A stretch of 53,858 bases of DNA from Conidiobolus incongruus B7586. Its lineage: Eukaryota. Shown here one piece after another: positions 24,040 through 35,438 of this stretch. The DNA is taken from assembly GCA_000697335.1 (NCBI GenBank), contig JNEM01007793.1, positions 1 to 53,858 of the forward strand, given 5' to 3'. The position numbers were made by a program, and so were the translations under genes. The notes below the pieces were generated by a model, which worked only from the letters and a program-made list of their open reading frames with translations, had not been told where the DNA came from and ran no database searches. Position 1 is the stretch's first letter. Every line of letters begins with the position of its first letter.

Positions 24040-24185
24040 AACAACGATGATGAAAACTCCACGTTTTGACGTGAGTCGTACACCCATACAAAGCCATTTA
24101 GACTCTTGAAATCTTCGGATTTCGAGTGGCTGATGAGCTTTCGGGCCAGGGCGATAAACTTTTGCTGCCTTCCTACTGAGTTGTT
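24040..24185 (+). ncRNA. Stand-alone box C/D snoRNA with a D-box guide for 18S Am420 (snR52-like) and snR4-like elements
   Basis: Terminal stem AACAAC/GTTGTT, box C ATGATGA at 24047-24053 and box D CTGA at 24176-24179. C'-like TGATGA at 24131-24136 and D'-like GTGA at 24071-24074. TGCTGCCTTCCT (24163-24174) is complementary to the conserved 18S AGGAAGGCAGCA. There is an internal hairpin with a C(UUCG)G tetraloop. Confidence 0.88.
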
Positions 24186-25319
24186 ACATTTCTTTATTTT
24201 TCAATAAAACCATTTCAAATGGATTTTAATACTGTTATAGACTTTATGTCGAATTTTCTTCATTCTCAGATATCCATAAACAAAACAACGCAGATCATAT
24301 TATTTAAGTGACAGAGTGGTTTTCATTCATTGATATTAGTCTTACATTAATCTGGTCACATATAAAATCATATATTATATAACTGTGGCTTGAAATCATT
24401 TATAAGAGTAAATGATCAAGGTTATACTTTGAAAAAATATGGATCTGTTTTCTTTAAAATATTATGAGAATTCATAGTGGCTATATCCATTTGATCAATA
24501 TATATCTGAATCTATTATTCAAATAATAATCAATAACTCATTAATATCTTACTAGCAAAAATTTTATTTTGATTAATATTTTAAGTGTTAATTATTTTCA
24601 ACTTTTATGTTATAAATAATTTGGTTTTTAAATATAGCAGATGTTATTATAAATAATATTGTTGATTACATCGTAATACCAAAATTATTATATTAAAAGT
24701 TTACGATATGTTTAAGCCATCATATATACACTCCCAAACATATCAAAATCTTTAACAGCATTGATTTATCCAACACCATCTAACTGGAACATTCCAAAAC
24801 TTTAGACATTTATTCTCTCAGATACATTAGAATAAAAAATCAAACTTGTCAAAATCCATTCTTAACAAAATCAATTTTTTTGATTATGATTTTTACTGGT
24901 GATTGAATGGATCTCAATTGGTATTATTTTTAGATAATCGATGAGAATTTATTAATCAAATAATAACATTATATATATTGGTATTTTATATTGATAGTTA
25001 GAGAAGCAATATGCAATTTATTATCTTTGATGAATAACATTAGTCACAATTATATTGATATATATTAATACAATTATAACTATATTAACTTTAATCATGA
25101 TAGTAATATAAATAAATTAACCATATAAACCAATCAACATTTAATGTAACATGAAAACTATAAGAATTTTTAAAAACCCTTAATCCGGTAACTATTAATG
25201 AAAAGTATATAAACTTGAAGGGAAAAAGACTTGGAGTTGGTTAATTGATCTCACATATTCTTTAATTATATATTAAAGTAATTTTATCAATTGACAATAT
25301 TAAATAAGTATTAACTAAA

Positions 25320-27011
25320 ATGGAAGCTGGTAAAGTTACTGTAGTTTTGGGCGCTCAATGGGGTGACGAAGGTAAAGGTAAATTGGTCGATATTTTGGCT
25401 CAAGATACCGATATTTGTGCCCGTTGTCAAGTATGCTTTTTATCATTTGTTTTATTATGATGGGTATTAACTGTTCTTAGGGTGGTAATAATGCTGGTCA
25501 CACTATTGTCGTCGACGGTCAAAAGTTCGATGTTCACTTACTCCCATCAGGTAATTATCACCACTGATCATCTAATGCAAGACTGTTATTAAAAATGATC
25601 AATCTTTAATAATTTTTACAAATATTAATATTGGATTTTTTGAATAGGCATTATCAACCCTAAATGTATTTGTGTAATTGGTCACGGTACCGTCGTCCAC
25701 TTACCCAGTTTATTTGAAGAAATTGAAAAAATTCAAAAAGGAGGTAATGCCAATCCCTTTTCATTTGTATAACACCTATTAATACCTGATAGGTCTCAAC
25801 TGTGACGGAAGGGTCCTTATCTCCGACAGAGCTCACATCGTTTTCGACTTACATCAGATCGGTGATCGTCTCCGCGAGGTCGAATTGGGTAAGGGCAGTA
25901 TCGGAACAACCGGTAAAGGTATTGGTCCTACCTACTCTACCAAAGCTACCCGTGCCGGTGTCAGAATCCATCATCTCGTCTCCAACTTTCCCGAGTTTGA
26001 ACAGAGATATCGTGCTATTTTAGATACTTATCGCAAGAGATACGGTGATTTCGAATACGACATTGAAAAGGAAATTCAACGTTATAAGGTACTATTAATT
26101 GATCTGTTATATATTATGTATGATAATTAATAGTGTGTAATATCAGGAATTAGCTGAACGTGTCAGACCTATGACTGTTGATACTATTACATATCTTCAT
26201 GAAGCTTTGGATCAAAACAAGAAGGTTCTTGTTGAAGGTATTCGAATTTATATCATATTTTAGTATTAATTTATTAATGTTGAGATCAGGTGCTAATGGT
26301 CTCATGCTTGATCTCGATGCCGGTACCTTCCCCTACGTCACATCCTCCAACACCTCCATTGGTGGCGTCTGCACTGGTTTAGGTCTTCCTCCTAATAAGA
26401 TCGGCCGTGTCCTTGGTGTCGTCAAAGCCTACACCACTCGTGTCGGTGGAGGTCCCTTCCCCTCTGAACAGCTCAATGAAATTGGTGAACACTTACAAAC
26501 TGTTGGCCACGAAATTGGTGTCACCACTGGTCGTTCCCGTAGATGTGGTTGGTTAGACTTAGTTGTTATGAAATACTCCTGCCGCATTAATGGTTACACA
26601 TCTATCAACCTTACCAAGATTGACGTTTTGGATCAACTGGAAGAAATCAAGGTCGCTGTTGCATATAAGATCAACGGCCAACTCTTCGACACCTTCCCAG
26701 GTAATTTCACCATATCATCCGATATGAATCTTACTAATCTTCATCGTTTATAGCTGATCTCAACTCATTAGAAGGAGCCGAAGTGATTTATGAAACCTTG
26801 CCTGGTTGGAAGACGGATCTCAGCCAATGCAAAGACTTTGCCTCTTTACCTCCTCAAGCCCAACAATACATTCAATTCGTTGAAAACTTCCTCAAAGTTA
26901 AAGGTAAATACCATACATAGATATACTATATTTAATCACTATATTAATTATCTTTTAGTTGAATGGATTGGTGTTGGTGCTTCCAGAGATTCCATGATTC
27001 ACATTCCTTAA
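25320..27011 (+). CDS. ADE12: Adenylosuccinate synthetase (multi-exon)
   Basis: Motifs [86 protein letters not shown] and EWIGVG. Several short GT-AG introns. Confidence 0.97.
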
Positions 27012-28391
27012 TTTTTCAATCTTTTATAAGTAATCAATAGTGTGAGCGTGTTCTAGATTCAATCTTTTTCTTTTTTTTACTATATTAAATAAAATATCAA
27101 ATTAAAAATCTATTCTATGATTTAGTGGGATATTTTAATATTATATAGTTATAAATATTTTTTTATTCATAGAATGGTAAAATATGTTAAAAAAAAATTT
27201 GAAATTCTTATGAAAAATTAATGTTTTTCTAAAAGGAGTCAATTGGATTCAGTTGATTACTTTGGAATTTAAACAGGATATTAAAAATACTTTTTTACAA
27301 TTGATTTAAGTTTCAACTTTAGTGCTTTATTATATTTGTTGACTTGATAATTTTATATTATGGTAGAAGTACTGGTTTCTGAATTGCGGCACAGGTGGTG
27401 ACTTAAATTCAATTTAATATTTGTTATCATAAAATCTTTAAAATATCATTTCAACTGATTGAACAAATTGATAAATGATTAAAATATGATAGTCATTATC
27501 TGACATTTCACATTAAATGTTAACATATATCATAATTATCTTAAAGTATTTAAATTATCTCTAAATCTATCAATTATTGGGTAATGTTATCAATAAAACC
27601 TCTGAAATTCACTTACACAATTATTTCTTGAAAAAAATAAATTAGGTTAAAAATTTAGTCTATATTACTTGAATTAATTAACAATTGTTCAAAGAATTAG
27701 ACTAATCAATTATAGTGATCAAAGGTTTTAAATTTATCTCATTAATAAATATATATAATATTTTATAGTTCAACAAATCTAGAAGTTAAATGATGAAATA
27801 TGTGATTATTAATTTTTTATCAATAATCAAATTAATAAAATATTGAATATTTTGTTAATCTATTATATTTCTTTATTGATTCTATCATTATAATAAAATG
27901 ATAAAATTTGTTATTAAATCAGCAATTATATGTATATAAGAATAAAATATTAAACATATAATTAATAACTCTTATTCATAATAATATCATTTCATTTATT
28001 CAATACCTTTTCAATTAAATGAAACTTTAAAGCTCTAATCGGTAAATTTTAATGGATTAAAAGGTAAAACTAGTTCAATGGAATCTTTAGTTTGATGTTT
28101 GCTATTGTGGCTATTCTAATATCATATTTGTTAATAATCACTTAGTGATATTTAAAAGTTTCTACTATTGTCTTAAAGTTGCTGGATTAGGTATTTGGAA
28201 TGCTAATGTTTAAGTCATTATTAATAGAAAATGTATAGCTTGATTAGGTACATAATATTTAAGATTGAATTCTTCAATTAGTAACATTTCAGGAGTGAAT
28301 AATAGTCCCCTTATCCTTTTATTATCATTGAATTTCTTTTTGACTATAAATACAGCTGCGATACCTTACATTCGGTCTGATATTATACGTC

Positions 28392-29324
28392 ATGGAAGAT
28401 TGGATCATTTCCCAGATTAATACGTACGTATCTGCTTCCATTTCCCTTATTCTTCTATGTCTATTTATTTATAATATTGTATTCATTTGCTTAAAGGTTG
28501 ATAGGTTTAATGTGAATTCTAGATTTGTTACGATAGTGTTGTTGCTTTCAATATGCTTCTATTTGACGAACATTGTGAAATTTAGCTTGAATTTGGTCGG
28601 TGGATTGGATGCCTTCAAGTGTAGACAGTTGAATGGATTGGGCTGGATGTTGCTACTGGTGTCCTTAAGTCTCAGTCTGAATTTAACAGCTTCCAAAGCC
28701 TTTGAATCGTTTGGCTTATGCTATTCAGAATGGTTTTGGTGGACATGTACAGGCAGTTTTTGCATTGTTCCCATCTGGACCTTGACATCAACTTTGGTGA
28801 ACGGAGGATGGGATTACTCGAAATTTGGCAGTTGCTTTTTAGATGCCGATATGCTCACTCAACCTATCATCCCGTTCTTATACATCCATACATTATTTAT
28901 TTTCATAGTAATAGCAGTATTATTCTACTTGAGTTTGACGCGATCTTACATGATTGAAATATCGCATACTAGTTACTTATTTAATTTCCACCAACCTCAA
29001 GCAATCCATTCGCTTATTGATTCTTTAGAGCGCCCCAACATCTTCAAATGCTTTATACTGACCATTTCATGCTTTATTGGTTATCTTATCAGTTTTACAC
29101 CCTTCGTCATCGTATATTTTCTTGAGCTCAACAATTCCAAAATGGTCAAAATGAACGCTAATTGGTACTTGCTATGCGAACTAAGTTTAAATTTTCTCAG
29201 CTTAATGAATTTTATTATCCTAGCGAAATTACCGATCAAGTTAAAGCTAAGATTTTGGTTCACCATTCCTAATTCCAATTCCAGATGGTACCTGAGGAGG
29301 GTATCTATCATTTCACCAGTTTAA
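28392..29324 (+). CDS. Seven-transmembrane, class A-like GPCR-type membrane protein (310 aa)
   Basis: About seven hydrophobic segments. Cys at the start of TM3 (FKCRQLNG) and in ECL2 (FGSCF), a TM6 ISFTPF (CWxP-like) and a TM7 SLMNFII (degenerate NPxxY). Single exon with a TATA-like element at ~28344. Confidence 0.7.
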   Translation: MEDWIISQINTYVSASISLILLCLFIYNIVFICLKVDRFNVNSRFVTIVLLLSICFYLTNIVKFSLNLVGGLDAFKCRQLNGLGWMLLLVSLSLSLNLTASKAFESFGLCYSEWFWWTCTGSFCIVPIWTLTSTLVNGGWDYSKFGSCFLDADMLTQPIIPFLYIHTLFIFIVIAVLFYLSLTRSYMIEISHTSYLFNFHQPQAIHSLIDSLERPNIFKCFILTISCFIGYLISFTPFVIVYFLELNNSKMVKMNANWYLLCELSLNFLSLMNFIILAKLPIKLKLRFWFTIPNSNSRWYLRRVSIISPV

Positions 29325-30167
29325 AAATATATTTATTTATCATATAAAATAAAAATAAAATTTGTTATTTATTATTAAAAAGATCTCCTTTTTAAAATCG
29401 TTTTAACACTTTACATTAATAGCGATCAATAGTATTGAATATTTTCAATTTTGTATTAAAGATAATGCTTATAATAAACCAATTGGGTGGATTTTTGTCA
29501 AAAACTTGAAAGTAATGATTTCATTACTTTTTGTACAACTTTCGAACTATTATCAATAATCTATCAACTAAATAATTAATTTTTAGTTATATTTTTATCT
29601 ATGATTATTAATAACATATCTTATCAGTCTTAAATTCAATTTGAAGATAACTGATTATTAGATTAGAAATTGGTAATGGTATGATTGTTATTTATGATAA
29701 GTAGGTAAATTTGGTCAATATTTTAAATTTACAGTTAAATACTTAGATTTATAAAAAACCACTCAAACTATACTACTCAGTGATTAAAATAATTAACCTC
29801 GTAGATTATAATTATATGTCATATAATATATCAAAATCATATCACAATATTATAATATTATCAAATGATAATTGAATTTAGTAACAATAAGTGGGTCTAA
29901 GCTCAAACATTCAGGACGAACTAAGCTATGTTGATAAGTATTATACAGGGTTCTTTTAATATAAATTATTCAATCAAACCAATGATCGTTGATTAAATCA
30001 TTTTACCGATTGCATTACCTCCAATAATTATAATTTACTTCAATTTGATCCATTTTTGTAACCAGTTGTTATCATCATTTATCTTTAGTAATAGTATATA
30101 TATATATATATATCATCATGATCACTCATTAAGTGATATATTTTCAAAATTAAAAAATAATATAAAA

Positions 30168-30413
30168 ATGATGATAGATGTATTATTTTATATCGTACTA
30201 GCAGTTTCTACCATCATGACAGCATTTTCAATTGGTTATTACATTTATAGAGAAAGAAAGAGGAGACGTATTACAGAATATGTCAGAAATGATGATGAGA
30301 GTTGGTTACCTCCATATAGTTCAACACCTTCCTTAGCTCCATCACTACCACCGCCTTATTACAATCCTTCAATGACGGAAGTCTCTCAAATAACTCTACC
30401 TACAAGATCTTAA
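30168..30413 (+). CDS. Small single-pass membrane protein with PY motifs (81 aa)
   Basis: From ATG 30168: an N-terminal TM helix, a basic stop-transfer RERKRRR and a cytosolic tail containing LPPY and PPPY. Confidence 0.7.
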   Translation: MMIDVLFYIVLAVSTIMTAFSIGYYIYRERKRRRITEYVRNDDESWLPPYSSTPSLAPSLPPPYYNPSMTEVSQITLPTRS

Positions 30414-30709
30414 CATCCGTTGAATGTAAATAATCAAATGGAAATAGAAAATTTCTATCATAGTATAAACTTAATTAATCATAATTGATTTAATTTTGCA
30501 AAGCTAATTAATATGTTCTTTATAGTATATGATTTTTACTATCTATAAATTTATCGATACTGTTAGATATTTTTATTATAATCAAGTGTGATTTTTGGTT
30601 ATTAATTCAAATCTATCACTGCTCAAATTCCCATAATACTAAATTAATATTATATAAACAATCCTCATAATGAAATAAAATTATCAATTATTAAAAATAT
30701 AAAATTCAA

Positions 30710-31769
30710 ATGATTAAGATTACTAAATTACCAATTCAACCAAAATTAATAAATAGTTCCTTTGTTAGATTTTTTTCTAATTCTACAATTCATTCTAAAG
30801 CTATTGACTTAAAATTTGATCATTATTTACCTCCTAACAAGGATACTAGTCAAAAATCTCTGGTTATTTTGCATGGTTTATTAGGTTCCAAACAGAATTG
30901 GAGGGCTTTAGGAAAATCATTCGCTCAAAAATTGAACGTGTCAACTTATACTCTTGATTTGAGAAATCATGGGGATAGTGCTCACGATCCCAGCATGACC
31001 TACAAAGATATGGCGGAGGATGTCGAGCATTTTATAAAGAGTCATCAGTTGGATGAAGGTGATAAAGAATTGATTTTAATGGGACATTCCATGTAATTCG
31101 TAGCATTCAATTATCATAACTTTAAGTTGATTAATGATTAATTATTAGGGGAGGTCGCGTTGCAATGGAGGTAGCCTTAAATAATCAAGTACTTTTAGAC
31201 AAGTTGGTTTTAGTAGATATCAGTCCACTCAAAATGGACATTAAATCCAGCTTTGAAAAATATCTTTTTGCCATGAAGAAAGCTGACGACGCCAATCTCA
31301 CCAAGCAAAGTCAAGCTGATGAGATCCTACAAGAATCAGTTCAAGTAATTTATTAGATCACATGTATCAACCACGTGAGATTAATTTTAATTTAGAGTTT
31401 ACCAGTCCGTCAGTTCCTTCTAACCAATTACAAGAAGAATGCGAGTACTGGCATTTACAAATTTCGAAATCCTTTAAATATTATCATTGATCATTTAGAT
31501 CAAATTGGTAATTTGGATATCAATTCCAGAACTTTTGATAAACCTACGCTCTTTGTGAGAGGCACCCAGTCCAACTATTTAAACCCTGATCAATATCACA
31601 AAATTCGTGAAATTTTTAAGAATTGTAAATTTGAAGATGTTGATGCAGGACATTGGGGTAATTTCAAATAACTATTAATTTTATAAATATATTAATTTTA
31701 ATTTCTGATTTAGTTCACTCCGAAAAACCAAAAGATTTCGTCGAAACTTGCATTAAATTTTTAAATTAA
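30710..31769 (+). CDS. Mitochondrial alpha/beta hydrolase, ABHD11/YbfF/Eat1-like (3 introns)
   Basis: Basic N-terminal presequence, then ILHGLLGSKQNW, DLRNHGDS, the nucleophile elbow GHSM|GG split by an intron, LVLVDISP, VRQFLLTN and AGHW|VHSEKP. Confidence 0.92.
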
Positions 31770-32100
31770 TTAAAGAATTATCAATATTAATTTCTTTTGA
31801 AAATTTAATCAAAAAAATAAAATAATTAATTTGAGATTAAACATTATTTCTTTATAGAAAGAGAGTGGATTAATATTTTTAATTTAAACTTATCCAAATC
31901 TGTAATTATCGACAGGTTTGAGTAAAAATTAATGGTTTTAAATAACTCAGTAACTATAAGAGATTAATTAATAATATATAGTATCAAATATAAAATGATT
32001 TATTTGACATTTTGTTAGAATGAATTAAGAAAAATTGAGTATAAAAATGTTTGATTAGAACGAAACTAAAATACATATGCAATGTAGAAAAACTAAATAA

Positions 32101-32173
32101 GCCCGGCTAGCTCAATCGGTAGAGCGTGAGACTCTTAATCTCAAGGTTGTGGGTTCGACCCCCACGTTGGGTG
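32101..32173 (+). tRNA. tRNA-Lys(CTT)
   Basis: GCCCGGC-TA-GCTC..GAGC-G-TGAGA-CT[CTT]AA-TCTCA-AGGTT-GTGGG-TTCGACC-CCCAC-GTTGGGT-G, intronless, with a T-run terminator downstream. Confidence 0.95.
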
Positions 32174-32946
32174 CTGTTCTATTTTTCATCTCATACTTTT
32201 TTATTTAATCACATTGTCATTTTTTCAAATTACCTATATTATAAAAATATAAAATTTTAATTGTCTCTTGAGGTTTTATTTTTCTTTATCAATATATTTT
32301 CATTTTCTTATTATTTTGATATATCAATCTTTTATTATTTTTATTTTTGTCAAATTATATTCTTTTTCAAATGTTTGAAATTCATATTATAAATCGAATA
32401 TTTAAATCATATCTTCAATATCCAGTAATTGTATAGTTATAATTTCCATTTTGTTTCTATATTTATCTTTATTGACATTTTAGTTTTTGAATATTTTTCG
32501 AATTTTTATAGAACAGAATATTTTTTTGTAATTAAATAATTTCACCAAGCAAATCAATTTATTTCAAATTTTTTTAATGTTAAAATTGATTTTATAGTGA
32601 TAGAAAGTATAGTAGTAAATTTTATAAACTATAAATAATTTCAAGTTATATTATTATATATCATAATTATAAATTTGAATATTAGACCGATTTATTGCTA
32701 TTAATTTAATTGAACGTTTTTATTTCTGAGGTTTAATCAATTTCAGAAATTTACAAAATTCAAATTACCATTCCAATTCAATTTGAAATTGAACCCTATT
32801 AAGAATAAACCAATCAATTTCAACGAAATGACATCAATTGTGATTTAATTTGGTCAAATTTGAAATGCTTTGGTAAACTTTTATTCAAAATAACAAAAAT
32901 CATTTGACTTGAATATTAATCGTTGTTCATTTACTAAGTCATAATA

Positions 32947-34908
32947 ATGAAAAGAAATAAGTTGAACTTTACAGATATTGGTGTGCGTGGAAGGTAGTAG
33001 AAACCTTAGTGTATTATTTGGTATATAGTTAATTTCTTTGAATAGGAGAACCGGTGTTAAATTACCAGAGAGTATTTCTAATGGCGACGCTTTAGAGCAA
33101 GTAGACCGTGTTTTTGACGAAGTTAACCAAGAACCCGATGTTTCATCTATTATAGATCTTCATTTTGACAAAAGAGTTACTAATTTACAAGAAGGCAAGT
33201 TTTAAATTCTTTTCATTAATTATCTTATTACAAAATTGATAATTATTAATATTTTTATTTTCTTTCAATTTTAGATAATATTACAGCTGATGAATTAAGT
33301 TTTCAAGTTGGTCCTGATGAATCGTTTTTCGTACCAAACACATCGGTGAATGGATCCAAAAGTAAAACAACTTCTCCTTATTCTTCCCAGTCAAAATCTC
33401 CAAGCTCTAAAACAAAGTCAAATACACACTCTCCTAAAGTAGTAAAGCATATTCCCACCTCCGAATCTTCTCAGCATGGACTCGATGATGAATTTAGTGA
33501 TCTGCCAGTCATCGATGTTAATGAATTTGATTTAATAGATTCGACACCCCCAGATTTTTATTCCAACTTATCCAAGACTCTTGCATCTCAGAGACAGGGT
33601 ACACCTACTAAAAGTCATACTTCAAAATCTTCTAAGTCTCCAGTTTCAACAACCCAAAAGTCATCTGCAAAATCGCCCTCAAAATCGACACGGAAATCAC
33701 CTCGCAAATCGCCTAGTTCTACTGCGTTACAATCACCAACTGCCAAAAAGTTAAAAACATCAGCTAGTACGTCGAAAGAATTAGCTAATACAAACTCTCC
33801 CAGTAAAAAGACTAAGGCAAGTGATAAGGCACCCCCTAGTAAGGATAAGAATCTCAAAGAAACCAAGGAACCTCAGCAAACGAAGGCAATCGCTGAAAAG
33901 TCTAGAAAAACGCTACCAAACCAGCGTAAAGCCAAAGGTAAAAAAGAAAATAATAATATATCATCCAAACCAGTTCCCAAAATTTCAAATCACGAGGAAG
34001 CGAAACCTGGAAGTAAGTTTTATTTTTGTTAAATTATTAATTTTTATTAATCATATTGAATTTACTTAGCTAGGAGAAGTAAAAGACATCGTATTCAGCC
34101 TCTTAAATTTTGGGAAAATGAAAGATTGGTTTATAAATTTGAAGAAACTGGTATAATTTTTATTTTTAATTTCTCAGCATATAACTAATTTATTTTAAAA
34201 GATGGTGGCAGAGTACCCGTATTGAAAGACATTATCACGTCTAAAGAAACTGATGAAAAACCCGAAAACAAGAAGAAAGTTACTCGCAAATCATCTAAAT
34301 CCTCTGTTTCGACCACCAAATCGATGAAATTTACCAGTCTTAAATCATTATATGAACATATCAGTAATAAGAAAAGATTAATGAAACCTCCAAATGCTAT
34401 AGTTAATGATTTCAATACCAATATGGTAGTCGCTAAAGATATTGTTTTCCCATTTCCAACTATTCATTTCGATGAAGATAACACTAAAGAGGTTCTGTTT
34501 AAGTATACATTTAAAGAGCCTGGCCTATTCTCAACGGGAATGCTTTCCATTTGCCCAGGTGGTAAAAAAGAAATGAGAATGTCGGGGAATCTAATATTAG
34601 TAATTCAATTTGATCATTTTGTTTCTAATTGATTTTAATTGATTAATTTAGAGCTTTTTTGTGATATATGGTAAAGTTCAAGCTACAGTTCATCAAAATG
34701 AATTTACAGTAGAATCGGGTGATCACTTTGTTGTGCCTAGAAGTAATTACGACCCACAGTTAGTTATTTCATCTTTACTAATTATGTTAATATAGATAAT
34801 CATTATCAGATAAAAAATTTGAATAATAACGAGGAGTGTCGATTATTCTTTACAGTTTGCCAAGAACCTAAATCTTCGTACAGTTCACCAATGAGTACCG
34901 AGTCATAA
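32947..34908 (+). CDS. MIF2: Inner kinetochore protein CENP-C/Mif2 (multi-exon)
   Basis: N-terminal FTDIGVRGRRTG (Mif2_N-like), a Ser/Lys/Pro-rich middle, the CENP-C motif RRSKRHRIQPLKFWENERLVY and a C-terminal cupin (STGMLSICPGGKK, FFVIYGKVQATVHQ, FVVPRNNHYQIKN). Confidence 0.9.
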
Positions 34909-35438
34909 TGCTATTTATTCTTGACGTATATCTATTCTCATCATTCATTTAAGTTTGTTGTATTTTTTGGATCTTAGTAAATTGAATACTTTGAATTGCT
35001 CACCATGTCCAAATCAATGACTATATGACGCTTGATTTAAAATAATCTGCATTTTAATAAAAATATTATCAAATTTTCTGATTAAGAATACAAATTAATC
35101 TTATAAATATACTATTTTAGCATGACCTTAATGATAAATTTTTTTAATAATAGAAATTGAAATACCAGTCATGCTAATCAAATTGAGTTTTCTTAACAAA
35201 TGAGTATATTTAAGAATATTGATAATTAAACAAAAGAAAATTATACATATTGAAAAATACAAACTTGATTAGAACTTCTAATTCATATCTATAAAAATTA
35301 ATTCATTATACTATATCAAGTATACTTAAAATATATTTGGAATATAATACGAGTAGAGTTAAAAATATAACTTCAATCATATACTAATTACTTTATTTTA
35401 TTATTTAAATTATATATTAAGATAATTTATGAAGAATA

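Noticed and set aside
24130..24160. CTGATGAG as a hammerhead ribozyme core
   Set aside because: There is no GAAA after a stem II and no matching stems I/III. It is better explained as the snoRNA C' box.
24160..24179. U14 or U3 identity for the snoRNA
   Set aside because: It lacks U14 domain A and the GGATGT before box D, and has no U3 box A 5' domain.
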